A DNA stretch of 64,000 nt, from contig CAXXLQ010000004.1 of assembly GCA_963668695.2 (NCBI GenBank), positions 1,376,001 through 1,440,000 of the forward strand. Reading direction: 5' to 3'. The notes beneath the pieces are model-generated. The model was not told the origin of the DNA and did not search any database. It worked only from the letters and a program-made list of their open reading frames with translations. Positions 9,705-19,036 of the stretch are shown here, one piece after another. Positions within the stretch are counted from its first letter, which is position 1; every line of letters begins with the position of its first letter. The DNA comes from Vicinamibacteria bacterium (GTDB lineage Bacteria; Acidobacteriota; Vicinamibacteria; Marinacidobacterales; Marinacidobacteraceae). A program made the translations under genes and the position numbers.

Positions 9705-10621
9705 CGATAGTCCCCGTAGTCCACCGGTCCGGCGAGACGCGGCCCCGGTCGCAGGCGGTTCGTTGTCGCTTCGCCGAGGTGGGCGAGATAGGCGGCGCGG
9801 TCCGGGAGGCCACGCACCCACTCGTCCAGATACCGCTCGAGTTCCGCCGGGTCGCGGGTGATCCGGTCCCACGCGAGATAGGCGGCGTTGTCGCGGTCGT
9901 AGTACCCCTGAGCGAAGCTCGGATGGGCGCTCCACGGCTCCTCCACGACGGCGTCCACCACGACGGAAGGAATCTGGGTGCGGTTCGGGTCGGCTCGCAC
10001 CACGTCCTCCGGAACCACCTCCTCGACCACCACGATCACCCGGCGGGCGGCGAAGGCGGCTTCCCGCTGAGCGCCGACCAGGCCCCAGATCTGGGTGTTG
10101 CCCTCTGCATCGGCGCGTTGCGCGTTCAGGATGGCGACGTCGGGGTGAAGCGCCGAGACGGCGTCGAGCGTTTCGCCGGTGAAGGGGCAGGTGACCTGCT
10201 TCAGGTTGGGATTCACCCGGGGCAGGTCGGTTCCCCGGTAGCCGCGGAGCGGAAAGAAGGGGAGGCCCGACGCGGCGGCCTTGTAGCGGCACAAGAGCCC
10301 GAAGTGCGAGTACTCCTCGATTTCGAGCGGCGCCGGGTAGCCGCGCTCCACCGCGCGCCGGATCGCGTGGAGTGAACCCACGCCCGGGTTGCCGAGCCAG
10401 CCGAAGATCAGCTTCCGGGCGGTTCCCGCGGCGACCATTTGGTCCATCAGAAGGTCCGGCGTCAGGCGGACGAGCGTGAGGTCCCGCCGCCGCTGGCGGA
10501 TGATTTCGTGGCCAGCCGCAAAAGGGATCAGGTGGGTGAACCCCTCGAGCACCACGGTGTCCCCGTCCCGCACGAAGCGGGACACCGCCTCGCGCATAGT
10601 GAGAACCTTGGACTCGGACAG
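9701..10621 (-). CDS. CoA-transferase subunit A
   Basis: EGFTHLIPFAAGHEIIRQ, GNPGVGSL, EEYSH, AHPS..QGYYDRDN. Start is either CTG 10621 (GGAGG upstream) or ATG 10597. Confidence 0.9.
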   Translation of the reverse strand: MSESKVLTMREAVSRFVRDGDTVVLEGFTHLIPFAAGHEIIRQRRRDLTLVRLTPDLLMDQMVAAGTARKLIFGWLGNPGVGSLHAIRRAVERGYPAPLEIEEYSHFGLLCRYKAAASGLPFFPLRGYRGTDLPRVNPNLKQVTCPFTGETLDAVSALHPDVAILNAQRADAEGNTQIWGLVGAQREAAFAARRVIVVVEEVVPEDVVRADPNRTQIPSVVVDAVVEEPWSAHPSFAQGYYDRDNAAYLAWDRITRDPAELERYLDEWVRGLPDRAAYLAHLGEATTNRLRPGPRLAGPVDYGDYR

Positions 10622-10889
10622 GATGGGGGCGCCTCCGGGAAGGATTATCAGCCCGGGTGGTTGGTCGTTTCCCGCCGTTCGCCGCGGCGAGTGCGCCATG
10701 TCGGGGAATCGCGTTGCGCCGGCTGCCGCTCTGTCGGGCGGCAATGCCGACCAGAGGTTGGCGTTCCCTTCCCCGCCGCAAAAGGGATCAGGTGGGTGAA
10801 CCCCTCGAGCACCACGGTGTCCCCGTCCCGCACGAAGCGGGACACCGCCTCGCGCATGGTGAGAACCTTGGACTCGGACAGGATGGGGG
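10515..10889. repeat. 115-bp direct repeat (10515-10629 and 10775-10889) of the CoA-transferase A 5' end
   Basis: gccgcaaaagggatcagg...ggacaggatggggg occurs twice, 260 bp apart, with one mismatch. Confidence 0.95.
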
Positions 10890-10906
10890 ATGCTTCTCCG
10901 GACGGA

Positions 10907-11950
10907 TTATCCGTTCCCCTCGCGGAGTCCCTGCGGGCGGCGCACCTCGTGCCGCTCGAGCCATTCACGCAGTTGAGCGGACACTTCGGCGCCGGTGGGG
11001 TCGAGTTCCGTCTGCCAGAGCCGCGTCTGGACCACAAAGCGGTCGAAGTCGCTCGGGGTTGTGTCCCGTTCGACGATCTCCCCGATCTTGCGCTGAAAGA
11101 TGCTGCCCCAATCGGGCCGGCGTCCGTCGAGGTCGGTGAAGCCGTACTCCTTCGCCAGCCCCCAGCTCGAAAACAATCGGCCGCTCTTCTCGTTGACGTT
11201 GGGATCCGCGGCCAGCGACGCCACCGCGAGGCCGAGGAAACAGGGGGTTTCAGATTCGGCGAAATACGGATCCTTCTCGATGGCGTCCCGCCAGTTCGCC
11301 TCGGCCACTCCGAAGTGGTCGAGGACTGCTTCGGAGCGGAGGAATCCGGGCGTGATCGCGAGCGCCGTTACCTGATGGGCCTTCAGGTCGGCCGCCATGG
11401 CGTAGGCGAGCCGGATGACGGCGTTCTTGGCCAGGTCGTAGAACAGATTGCCGCGGTACCCGAGGGTGTCGCCGTCGGTGACCTCGACAATCAATCCGGC
11501 GTCTTGTTTGACCATGAGCGGTGCTCCGTGCCGGCTGGTGATGATGTGGCTGTGGACCGCCCGCTCGAGCAGCTCGAACCCCTGGGCGCTGGAGAGCTCC
11601 CAAAAGGGCGATCCCCACTCGGTGAGTGCGTCGCCACCCCAGATGTCGTTCACCAGGATGTCCAGCCGGCCGTGGTCCGAGCGGATGCGCGCGAAAAGTC
11701 CCTCGACCTCCGGTTCCTTTGTGTGGTCGGTGCGGACCGCGATGCCGCGGCCGCCCGCCGCGGTGACCATCTCCGCGGTTTCCTCGATCGTTTCGGGCCG
11801 TCCGGCGGTGGCGGGACGCCCGCGCACGCTCCGGCCCGTGCAGTAGACGGTGGCGCCAGCGGCCCCCAGCATACGGGCGATCCCGCGGCCGGCGCCGCGG
11901 GTGGCCCCCGCGACCACGGCCACCTGGCGGCGCAGCGGCCTGTTCGACAT
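10907..11950 (-). CDS. SDR family oxidoreductase
   Basis: VAGATRGAGRGIA, LVNDIWGG, FYDLAK (YxxxK), TPGFLRSE. Confidence 0.92.
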   Translation of the reverse strand: MSNRPLRRQVAVVAGATRGAGRGIARMLGAAGATVYCTGRSVRGRPATAGRPETIEETAEMVTAAGGRGIAVRTDHTKEPEVEGLFARIRSDHGRLDILVNDIWGGDALTEWGSPFWELSSAQGFELLERAVHSHIITSRHGAPLMVKQDAGLIVEVTDGDTLGYRGNLFYDLAKNAVIRLAYAMAADLKAHQVTALAITPGFLRSEAVLDHFGVAEANWRDAIEKDPYFAESETPCFLGLAVASLAADPNVNEKSGRLFSSWGLAKEYGFTDLDGRRPDWGSIFQRKIGEIVERDTTPSDFDRFVVQTRLWQTELDPTGAEVSAQLREWLERHEVRRPQGLREGNG

Positions 11951-11965
11951 GGTGATTGGACTCCC

Positions 11966-13282
11966 TCAGCCGAACGCGGCGATCAGGCGACGGCCGATCT
12001 CGGCGAGTTCCTCGCTGGTTACGGTCAGCGGCGGGGCGAGCAGAACCATGTCGCCCTGTCCCTCCGGTCCCCGGACCGGGTACACGAGCAGGCCCTCGTC
12101 CCAGGCTGCGGCGGCGAACTCCCGGGCGGAGCGTCCCCCGCCGTCCGGTGGATGGAACGCGATTCCCGCGAGCAAGCCGCGGACCCACGAACCCTCGACC
12201 GCCGAATTCCCGGCGACGGGCTCGAGTGCGGCCCGGAGTTCTTTCTCCAGGGACGCCGCGCGGCCGACCAGGCCTTCGTCGCGAATCACCCGCAGAACCT
12301 CCCGGACCACCGCGGCGACGACGGGATGGTGCGAAAAGGTGAATCCGTGCCGGAAGTCGGGCGCTACCGCCTCGACCACCTCAGGCTTCGCGACGACCGC
12401 CCCGCCCGGAACGAAGCCGGAGGTCAGCCCCTTGCCGAGGACCACGATGTCCGCGTCCACGCCGGCGTGTTCGGAAGCGAGGAAGCGCCCGGTCCGGCCG
12501 CAGCCGCTGAGCACTTCGTCCGCGATGAGCAAAACGCCCCGTTCGGCGGTGGTGCGGCGGACGGATCGCAGATAGTCCTCGGGAGGTGCGAATCCACCCG
12601 CGGAGGCGCCGAGCACCGGCTCCACCAGGACCGCCGCGATGCTTCCCTTCGCGTCCTCGACCGCCTGGTCTATCTCGCCCGCGCAGGCGACCTCGCACCT
12701 CGGATAGTGGAGGTTCAGCGGGCAGCGCGGACACCAGGGCGCGGCCACGAGCGGCATTTCTGCAAGCAGTGGGAGATAGGGAGCCCGGAGGGCGTCCCGC
12801 CCCGAGACCGCGAGCGCTCCGAGGGTGTTGCCGTGGTAGCCCGGCCGCTGGGAGACGATCTGCCACCGCTCGGGGTGGCCGAGCGCGACCGCGTACGCGC
12901 GGGCCAGTTTGATCGCGGTTTCCACGGCCTCGGCGCCTCCGGGGGTGAGGTACACCTTGGCGTTTTTGAAACCGGAGGGAAGCGATTCCACGAGAAGCGC
13001 CGCGGCCTCTTCCATCGCCCGGGTGGTGAACTGCGCGCCGTGCACGTAGTCGGCCGATTCGAGCTGGCGGGTCGCGGCGCGGACGACTTCCTTCCGGCCG
13101 TGCCCGACGCTGATCGTGAGGGCGCCGCCGCAGGCATCCAGCCAGCGGGTCCCGTCTTCCGCCTCGATCCAGGCGCCGGTCGCGCGCGTCGCGATGCGGT
13201 AGGTGCGCTCGAGGTCCCGGTAGAAGACCGGACTCTCCGGATACCTGCGCGGTTCGGTCGACCGGTCCTGGAACCGGCTCAT
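11966..13282 (-). CDS. Class III PLP-dependent aminotransferase
   Basis: LDACGG, GGAEAVETAIK, YHGNT, LIADEVLSGCGRTG, GKG (PLP Lys), HGFT. Confidence 0.93.
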   Translation of the reverse strand: MSRFQDRSTEPRRYPESPVFYRDLERTYRIATRATGAWIEAEDGTRWLDACGGALTISVGHGRKEVVRAATRQLESADYVHGAQFTTRAMEEAAALLVESLPSGFKNAKVYLTPGGAEAVETAIKLARAYAVALGHPERWQIVSQRPGYHGNTLGALAVSGRDALRAPYLPLLAEMPLVAAPWCPRCPLNLHYPRCEVACAGEIDQAVEDAKGSIAAVLVEPVLGASAGGFAPPEDYLRSVRRTTAERGVLLIADEVLSGCGRTGRFLASEHAGVDADIVVLGKGLTSGFVPGGAVVAKPEVVEAVAPDFRHGFTFSHHPVVAAVVREVLRVIRDEGLVGRAASLEKELRAALEPVAGNSAVEGSWVRGLLAGIAFHPPDGGGRSAREFAAAAWDEGLLVYPVRGPEGQGDMVLLAPPLTVTSEELAEIGRRLIAAFG

Positions 13283-13944
13283 GGTTCCGCAGCAGTTCCC
13301 AGGAGCGCGCCGGGAAGATCGCCGAGCGCGTCGAGCAGGAGATCCGGCTCCGCCGCCCGGAGCATCTCCTCGCTGCTGAAATTGCTCACGAGGGCGGCAG
13401 TAAGGGTGCCGGCCCTTTTCCCCATGGCGATGTCTTCCGGCCGGTCTCCCACGTAGAGCGCGTCCCGCGGTTCAACGCCGAGGCGGGAAAGGGCGAGCAG
13501 GAGCCCCTCGGGGTGGGGTTTCTTGTTCCGGGCGTCCTCGAACGCCACGAGGGCCTCGAAGCGATCAGCAAGTGCAAGCCGGTCCAGGTCGTCGAGCAAT
13601 CGCAGCCGATCGGCGCTCGTAACCACGCCGAGCCGCAGTTCCCGGTCAGAGAGCGCGCTGAGCGCGCCGAGGACATCCGGGAACAGGTTCACCGCGTGGC
13701 TACGCTCGAGGTATTTCTCCCGCCAGATGGTTCCGGCCTCGTCCCAGCGGGTCTCGGGAATGCCGAGCTGCCGGTAGGTCTCGTGCCAATCGGGCCGGTA
13801 GGTGGCCTGGTACCGCGCCTCGTTCATCCGGATTCCGAAGTGCCCGAACACCGAAAGCGAGGCATAACGGGTGGTGGCGAAGCTGTCCGCCAGGGTTCCG
13901 TCCCAGTCAAAGAGGACGGCGGAGACGGAAGGCACACAACGCAA
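13279..13944 (-). CDS. HAD family hydrolase (phosphoglycolate phosphatase-like)
   Basis: FDWDGTLADS, VVTS, KPHPE, YVGDRPED. Confidence 0.9.
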   Translation of the reverse strand: MRCVPSVSAVLFDWDGTLADSFATTRYASLSVFGHFGIRMNEARYQATYRPDWHETYRQLGIPETRWDEAGTIWREKYLERSHAVNLFPDVLGALSALSDRELRLGVVTSADRLRLLDDLDRLALADRFEALVAFEDARNKKPHPEGLLLALSRLGVEPRDALYVGDRPEDIAMGKRAGTLTAALVSNFSSEEMLRAAEPDLLLDALGDLPGALLGTAAEP

Positions 13945-13967
13945 GAGGCGGTGGCAGCCTACCTGAG

Positions 13968-14217
13968 CAGCCGGTGGACAAAGTCACGCGGCCCAGTTCT
14001 CCGGTGGGGGCTCGAGCGGCGATCCATCCCGGCTGAAACAGTCCGCTTCGCGTCGTTCATCGTTGCGCTTCGGCCGAAATGCGCTCGGGCCAGTTCTCCC
14101 GGTGGGGGCTCCTCCCTCGCGCGCCTTGTCAGCCGGGCCCCCACCGGGAGGACTGGCCCCACCGGGAGAACTGGGCCTCCCCGCTCTCGGCGCTCACGCC
14201 ACTTTGTCCACCGGCTG
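13968..14217 (+). mobile_element. MITE copy M2 with four 17-18-bp inserts
   Basis: Perfect terminal inverted repeat cagccggtggacaaagt/actttgtccaccggctg. Length 250 = 179+17+3x18; inserts at 13993, 14090, 14139 and 14157. Confidence 0.92.
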
Positions 14218-14266
14218 CACCTGCCGAGCCCGCAATTGCCACTTCCGGACGGATAGAATTCCGGGG

Positions 14267-14797
14267 ATGTTGATGTGTCGATCCTCCTTCATGGAGACCG
14301 GAATTCCCGAGATCGGTCGCCTGGAATTGCTCAGTACCGATCAGGGTCTGGCCGCCATCCTGTTCTGTGATGAGCGGCGTTCCCGGGCTTCCGCCGCCTG
14401 GCGCGCAAGGAACGTGGGGTCCGTAGTCCCGGCGTCGCCTGGAGAGCACGATGTCTACGCGCGCCAGATTCGGGAGTTTCTGACCGGTGACCGCCGCGAA
14501 TTCACGATTCCGCTGCAGCGGACCGGTACTCCCTTCCAGCGGGCCGTTCTCGATGCGGTGGCGGGAGTGCCGTACGGCGCCCGGGTCAGCTACCAGGACA
14601 TCGCCCGCTCAGTCGGGAACCCAGCGGCCTGCCGGGCGGTCGGTGCGGCGAACGGCGCGAATCCCCTGCCGCTCGTCATCCCCTGTCACCGGATCGTAGG
14701 CGCCTCGAAGAAACTGACCGGATACGGCGGCGGCCTCGACGCCAAGCGCTGGCTGCTCTCCCTTGAATCCCCGGCCCTGCTCGCGTTGGCATCTTGA
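14267..14797 (+). CDS. ogt: Methylated-DNA-protein-cysteine methyltransferase
   Basis: GTPFQRAV, PYG..SY, RAVGAANGANP, IPCHRIV, GYGGGL; TAGAAT lies 7 nt before ATG 14267. Confidence 0.93.
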   Translation: MLMCRSSFMETGIPEIGRLELLSTDQGLAAILFCDERRSRASAAWRARNVGSVVPASPGEHDVYARQIREFLTGDRREFTIPLQRTGTPFQRAVLDAVAGVPYGARVSYQDIARSVGNPAACRAVGAANGANPLPLVIPCHRIVGASKKLTGYGGGLDAKRWLLSLESPALLALAS

Positions 14798-14831
14798 GCG
14801 AGCGGCTCCCTCTTTTCTCAGGCAAACCGAC

Positions 14832-15557
14832 ATGACATCCCCAGGAATTTCCCGCGCTCCGGCACGCTGGCCGTATTGGTGCGCGACCCTTCTGCTCGCC
14901 GCTTGGCTCCCGTCCTGCGGGGGTGGCGACGATTCGGATTCGGCCGGTTCCGAATCCGCCGCTGGCGAGACCTCTCCCGCCGAAACCGAGACGAGTTCCA
15001 TGGAAACCGAAACATCCGTTCCCGAAAGCCCATCCGATCTGGCCACGCCCGGCGCGCCGGTGGTGCTGATGCGCACCAGCGTGGGGGACATCCAGATCGA
15101 GTTCTACCCGCAGGAGGCCCCCGAGAGCGTCGATAACTTCATCCGCTACGTGGAGGATGGCCACTTCGACGGCACCATCTTCCACCGGGTCGTCCGCGGT
15201 TTCGTGATCCAGGGTGGCGGCTTCACCGCTGAAATGGAAGAAAAGGACACGCGCGAGCCGATCCCGAACGAGGCTCAGAACGGTCTGCGGAACATGAGAG
15301 GCACGCTCTCGATGGCCCGCACCAGCGATCCCCACAGCGCGACGTCGCAGTTTTTCGTCAACACCAAGGACAACGCGATTCTCGACCACACCGGGACCAC
15401 GATGGACGGTTGGGGTTACGCCGTCTTCGGCAAAGTCATCTCGGGGATGGATGCCGTGGACCGGATCGAAGCCAGTCCGGTGGTCAGCCGCGCCGGCCAC
15501 AACGACGTGCCGGAGACTCCGATCGTCGTTGAGTCGGCGGCCGTCGTTTCGCGCTGA
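14832..15557 (+). CDS. Cyclophilin-type peptidyl-prolyl isomerase, lipoprotein
   Basis: Lipobox-like LPSC; FHRVVRGFVIQGGG, RGTLSMART, SATSQFFVN, GYAVFGKV. Confidence 0.93.
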   Translation: MTSPGISRAPARWPYWCATLLLAAWLPSCGGGDDSDSAGSESAAGETSPAETETSSMETETSVPESPSDLATPGAPVVLMRTSVGDIQIEFYPQEAPESVDNFIRYVEDGHFDGTIFHRVVRGFVIQGGGFTAEMEEKDTREPIPNEAQNGLRNMRGTLSMARTSDPHSATSQFFVNTKDNAILDHTGTTMDGWGYAVFGKVISGMDAVDRIEASPVVSRAGHNDVPETPIVVESAAVVSR

Positions 15558-15561
15558 GCTC

Positions 15562-16293
15562 CTAACCGATCGGTCCGCAGACCGCGATCAGGACTTCGGG
15601 CCAGCCGCTGGCGCCCCGAAGCGGATAAGGGGCATGGCGCGTTTCGCCTTCACGGGGAAGACGGAGAATGTTGCGCACCTGATGCAGTTTGCGGGCCGCC
15701 AGCGGAGACATCCCGGCGAGCGCTTCGAGCCGCCGTTTGTGCCGATCGGAAGCGGGCGTCTGCCCGTACCACTCCAGACGATCGAACCCGGTCCGGAGCA
15801 GGGTCTCGAACTCGGAGCGCGAGTATTCCCGGACGTGGAAAGGATTGTCCGGTCGGGCCTCCAGCGTCCGCCCGGGGCTGATCACTTCCCGTTCCGGTGT
15901 CGAACAGATGAAGACGCCCCCGGGCGCGAGGATCCGCCGCGCCTCCCGAACCACGGCGTGGTCGTCGGCAACGTGTTCGATCGTCTCGAACGACACGTAA
16001 AGATCGAAGCTTCTGTCCCCGAAGGGAAGGCGCGAAGCGTCGGCGAGCACCCCCCGGAGCGCGCCGGCTCCGGAAGCAGGAAGCTCGGCCTCCTGGAACG
16101 CTTCCGGAGAGAGGTCGGCGGACACAACCCAGCGTGCGTCCCGGGCCTTGAGGATCTCCGATCCGTACCCGGCCCCGGAGGCGAGGTCGAGCACCCGCTT
16201 GCCGGCTGCGTAGCCCGCGGCCCAGCGGTAGCGCGCCACGTGTTGGTTCCGGAGCCAGGGCGAGGCGAATCGGTGCAGCGCGAGTCGTTCCAT
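15562..16293 (-). CDS. Class I SAM-dependent methyltransferase
   Basis: HVARY, VLDLASGAGYG, SFETIEH, PGG.F..STP, NPFHVREY. Confidence 0.88.
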   Translation of the reverse strand: MERLALHRFASPWLRNQHVARYRWAAGYAAGKRVLDLASGAGYGSEILKARDARWVVSADLSPEAFQEAELPASGAGALRGVLADASRLPFGDRSFDLYVSFETIEHVADDHAVVREARRILAPGGVFICSTPEREVISPGRTLEARPDNPFHVREYSRSEFETLLRTGFDRLEWYGQTPASDRHKRRLEALAGMSPLAARKLHQVRNILRLPREGETRHAPYPLRGASGWPEVLIAVCGPIG

Positions 16294-16371
16294 GGAAGAT
16301 AGGAATAGGCCAGACCGATCTGGCGTTTCCTGTTCTATCTTCGCCCAGACGGCGATGTTCCCGGTGGCCCA

Positions 16372-17130
16372 GTGATTCCTCGCGAATCCGGGGTGAGTGC
16401 CTGTTTCCCCGCCTTCAACGACGCCGGGTCCATCGGCTGGGTGGCTCATCGGGCACGCGAGGCCTTGCGGGGTACCGGTCGTGACTTCGAGATTCTGATC
16501 CTGAATGATGGAAGCGCTGACCGGACCGCCGAGGTCCTGGAGGTGCTCAGGGCCGAGATCCCGGAACTCAGGACGCTCCGGCACGCACAAAACCGGGGCT
16601 ACGGAGCCACCCTTCGGGATCTCTTCGCCGCGGCCCGGTTCCCGCTCGTCGCCTACACCGATGGCGATGGGCAGTTCGATCCCTTCGAACTCATCCGCCT
16701 GCTGGATGCTCTGAGTCCGGAAATCCAGTTGGTGAACGGCTACCGGGGGAGCCGCGCGGACGGCATGCTGCGGCGGTTTCTCGGCCCCCGCTTCCATCGG
16801 GTGGTGGCGGGGACCTTCGGGCTTCCGGATCTGCGCGATTGGGACTGCGACTTCCGGCTCTTCCGCCGGGACCTGCGCCTCGACGCTTCCATGACCTTCG
16901 ATGACGGGACCGCGGTGGTGGAATTCCTAGCCACGCTCGGCGATTCTGGTGTCCGCTACGCCGAGGTTGAAGTGAGCCACCGTGAACGCCGGGCGGGCGA
17001 TAGCCAATACTTCCGGCCCCGCTCCGTCGTTTCCGGCCACCGCAACCTCTTCCGGTTGTGGCGCAGGCGGGGATCCCCTCCGATCCGCTGGCGGGCATGG
17101 TTCCGAAGAAGCCGGCGCCGACCCGCTTAA
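16372..17130 (+). CDS. Glycosyltransferase family 2 (DPM1-like)
   Basis: PAFND, LNDGSADRT, NRGYG, TDGDGQF, D.DCDFRLF. Confidence 0.88.
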   Translation: MIPRESGVSACFPAFNDAGSIGWVAHRAREALRGTGRDFEILILNDGSADRTAEVLEVLRAEIPELRTLRHAQNRGYGATLRDLFAAARFPLVAYTDGDGQFDPFELIRLLDALSPEIQLVNGYRGSRADGMLRRFLGPRFHRVVAGTFGLPDLRDWDCDFRLFRRDLRLDASMTFDDGTAVVEFLATLGDSGVRYAEVEVSHRERRAGDSQYFRPRSVVSGHRNLFRLWRRRGSPPIRWRAWFRRSRRRPA

Positions 17131-17327
17131 CAGCCTGTGGTGAAACCCGCGTGAGCGCCGAGAGCGGTGAGGCGCCCGGCTGACAAGGCGCGTGAGGGAG
17201 GAATACCGGGTGTATTTCGACCGAAACGCAACGCAGAGCGCCGCGAAGCGCCAGTTCTCCCGGTGGGGGGGCGGTTCAGCCGGGATGCATCGCCGGTCGA
17301 ACGCCGCGTGGGTTTTGCCACAGGCTG
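17131..17327 (-). mobile_element. MITE copy M3 (179+18 bp) between convergent stop codons
   Basis: cagcctgtgg...ccacaggctg immediately after the GT2 TAA; 18-mer at 17251-17268. Confidence 0.92.
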
Positions 17328-17332
17328 TTTAC

Positions 17333-19036
17333 CTACGGGCGCGGACTGACCACGCCCACGCCCTCGCGAACGACGACGACCCCACCTCCCGCGTCGAGGT
17401 CTCCGACGCGCTGCTCCTCCCCACCCGGCCAGCGGATCACCACGTCCCGGATCTTGCCCGCGCCGGCTCCGAGATGGACCCGGACGTCGTTCGAGGACAA
17501 AAAGCTGCCACTGCGGTGCGCTTCGCGCACCCGCCGCACGCCGTCGGCCGTCGAAAAGAGCACCCTTGACCCGCTCCCGTCCCGCGGTGCCCGGGTTCCC
17601 ACGAGCTGCAGGGTGACGCTGCGACCGTCGCTGCGGTTGCGGAACAGCGCCGCCTCGTCGTCCACGTTCACCACCACCAGATCGGGAAGCGCGTCGCCGT
17701 CGAGGTCCCCGAACGCCACCCCGCGGCTGGAGCGCTCGGGACTATCCCAGGATTCCTCGACGAAAGCGCCACCGCCAGTGTTTCTGAAGATCTGGTTTTT
17801 CATCCGGTAGCGCGTCGCGCTCCCGGCCGCTTCCGCGTCGGGATACACGTGTCCGTTGGCGACGAAGAGGTCCAGCCAACCGTCGGCGTCCAGATCGACG
17901 AACCGGGTCCCCCAGCCCAGATAGAACCATCCCGGCATCCGTAGTTCGTTCCGGGTGGTGCTGTCCTCGAAAAAGCCGCTCCCGGCGTTCCGGTAGGCGG
18001 TGTTCGTGTCGTGCGAGAAGTTCGTCACGAAGAGATCGAGCGCGCCGTCCTCGTCGAAGTCGCCGGCGTCCACCCCCATGCCCGCCTGGGCCAACCCGTC
18101 CACGTTGTAGGCGGTTCCGGCCAGGAGCGCCTGCTCGCTGAACCTCCCCTGGCCGTCGTTGACGAAGAGGTGGTTCGGGACCGAATCGTTCGCGACGTAG
18201 AAGTCGGTGTCTCCGTCGCCGTCGAGGTCCCCGGTGACCACCCCGAGCCCGTACCCGGGATCGACGCCCGTCAGGCCAGCGGCTTCGGTGGCGTCCTCGA
18301 AGGTGCCATTCCCCCGGTTCCGGAAGAAACCGTCCGCCGCCGGGATCAGACCCGACGGGCCGCAGAAGACCGGGAGCCCGAACCAGACGCAGCTTGCCCC
18401 GGCCCCCGGGGGTGGTAGGGAATCGATGGAGTCGGCGGTATAGCCGAGTACCACCAGGTCGGGGTCACCGTCGTTTTCCGCGTCGAGGAAAGCCGCGGAA
18501 GTTGAGTGTCCGGGATGGGAGGCGCCGCCGGCCGCCGCCACCCGCTCGAACGTGCCGTCTCCGCGGTTCCGGTAGAGGACGTTCTCTCCGCGATTCGTGA
18601 CGTAGAGGTCCGGGAAGCCGTCGTTTTCGATATCGGCCACCGCGACCCCGAAGCCCCAACCGGTGTCACCGACGCCCGCGGCTTTCGTCTGATCGGTGAA
18701 CTGGAGCTCCCCTTCGTTGCGGAAGAGCTGGTTCGGGAGGCCCGGGCCGGGAGTCCGGTCTTCGAGGGGCGCCCCGTTGACGAAGTAGATGTCCAGATCG
18801 CCGTCCTGGTCGTAGTCGAGCAGACCCACACCCGCGCCGAGCGAGGAGACGATGAATCTCTTTTCCGGCTCCCCGCTTACGTTCCGGTAGTGGATTCCGC
18901 TCGCCTCCGTCACCTCTTCGAGGCGGATGTGCTGCGCGCCGGCCACGGGGGAGACCCCGGGCCCCGGCAGGAAGGACAGGACCGCGAGCGCGATGGGGAT
19001 CGCCGCCGAGGCGGCGCCTGGTCGGCCGAACGTCAC
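17333..19036 (-). CDS. CRTAC1/ASPIC-UnbV family secreted FG-GAP beta-propeller protein
   Basis: Signal peptide; repeated DYDQDGDLD / DLDGDGDTD / DFDEDGALD blades; C-terminal SFLSSND.RVHLG..IRWPGG (ASPIC/UnbV). Confidence 0.9.
   Translation of the reverse strand: MTFGRPGAASAAIPIALAVLSFLPGPGVSPVAGAQHIRLEEVTEASGIHYRNVSGEPEKRFIVSSLGAGVGLLDYDQDGDLDIYFVNGAPLEDRTPGPGLPNQLFRNEGELQFTDQTKAAGVGDTGWGFGVAVADIENDGFPDLYVTNRGENVLYRNRGDGTFERVAAAGGASHPGHSTSAAFLDAENDGDPDLVVLGYTADSIDSLPPPGAGASCVWFGLPVFCGPSGLIPAADGFFRNRGNGTFEDATEAAGLTGVDPGYGLGVVTGDLDGDGDTDFYVANDSVPNHLFVNDGQGRFSEQALLAGTAYNVDGLAQAGMGVDAGDFDEDGALDLFVTNFSHDTNTAYRNAGSGFFEDSTTRNELRMPGWFYLGWGTRFVDLDADGWLDLFVANGHVYPDAEAAGSATRYRMKNQIFRNTGGGAFVEESWDSPERSSRGVAFGDLDGDALPDLVVVNVDDEAALFRNRSDGRSVTLQLVGTRAPRDGSGSRVLFSTADGVRRVREAHRSGSFLSSNDVRVHLGAGAGKIRDVVIRWPGGEEQRVGDLDAGGGVVVVREGVGVVSPRP

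Noticed and set aside
10439-13456. 1005-aa plus-strand ORF (likewise 24718..27636, 44167..46263, 53133..54698, 61350..63290)
   Set aside because: Antisense shadows of well-supported minus-strand genes in high-GC DNA; no motifs.
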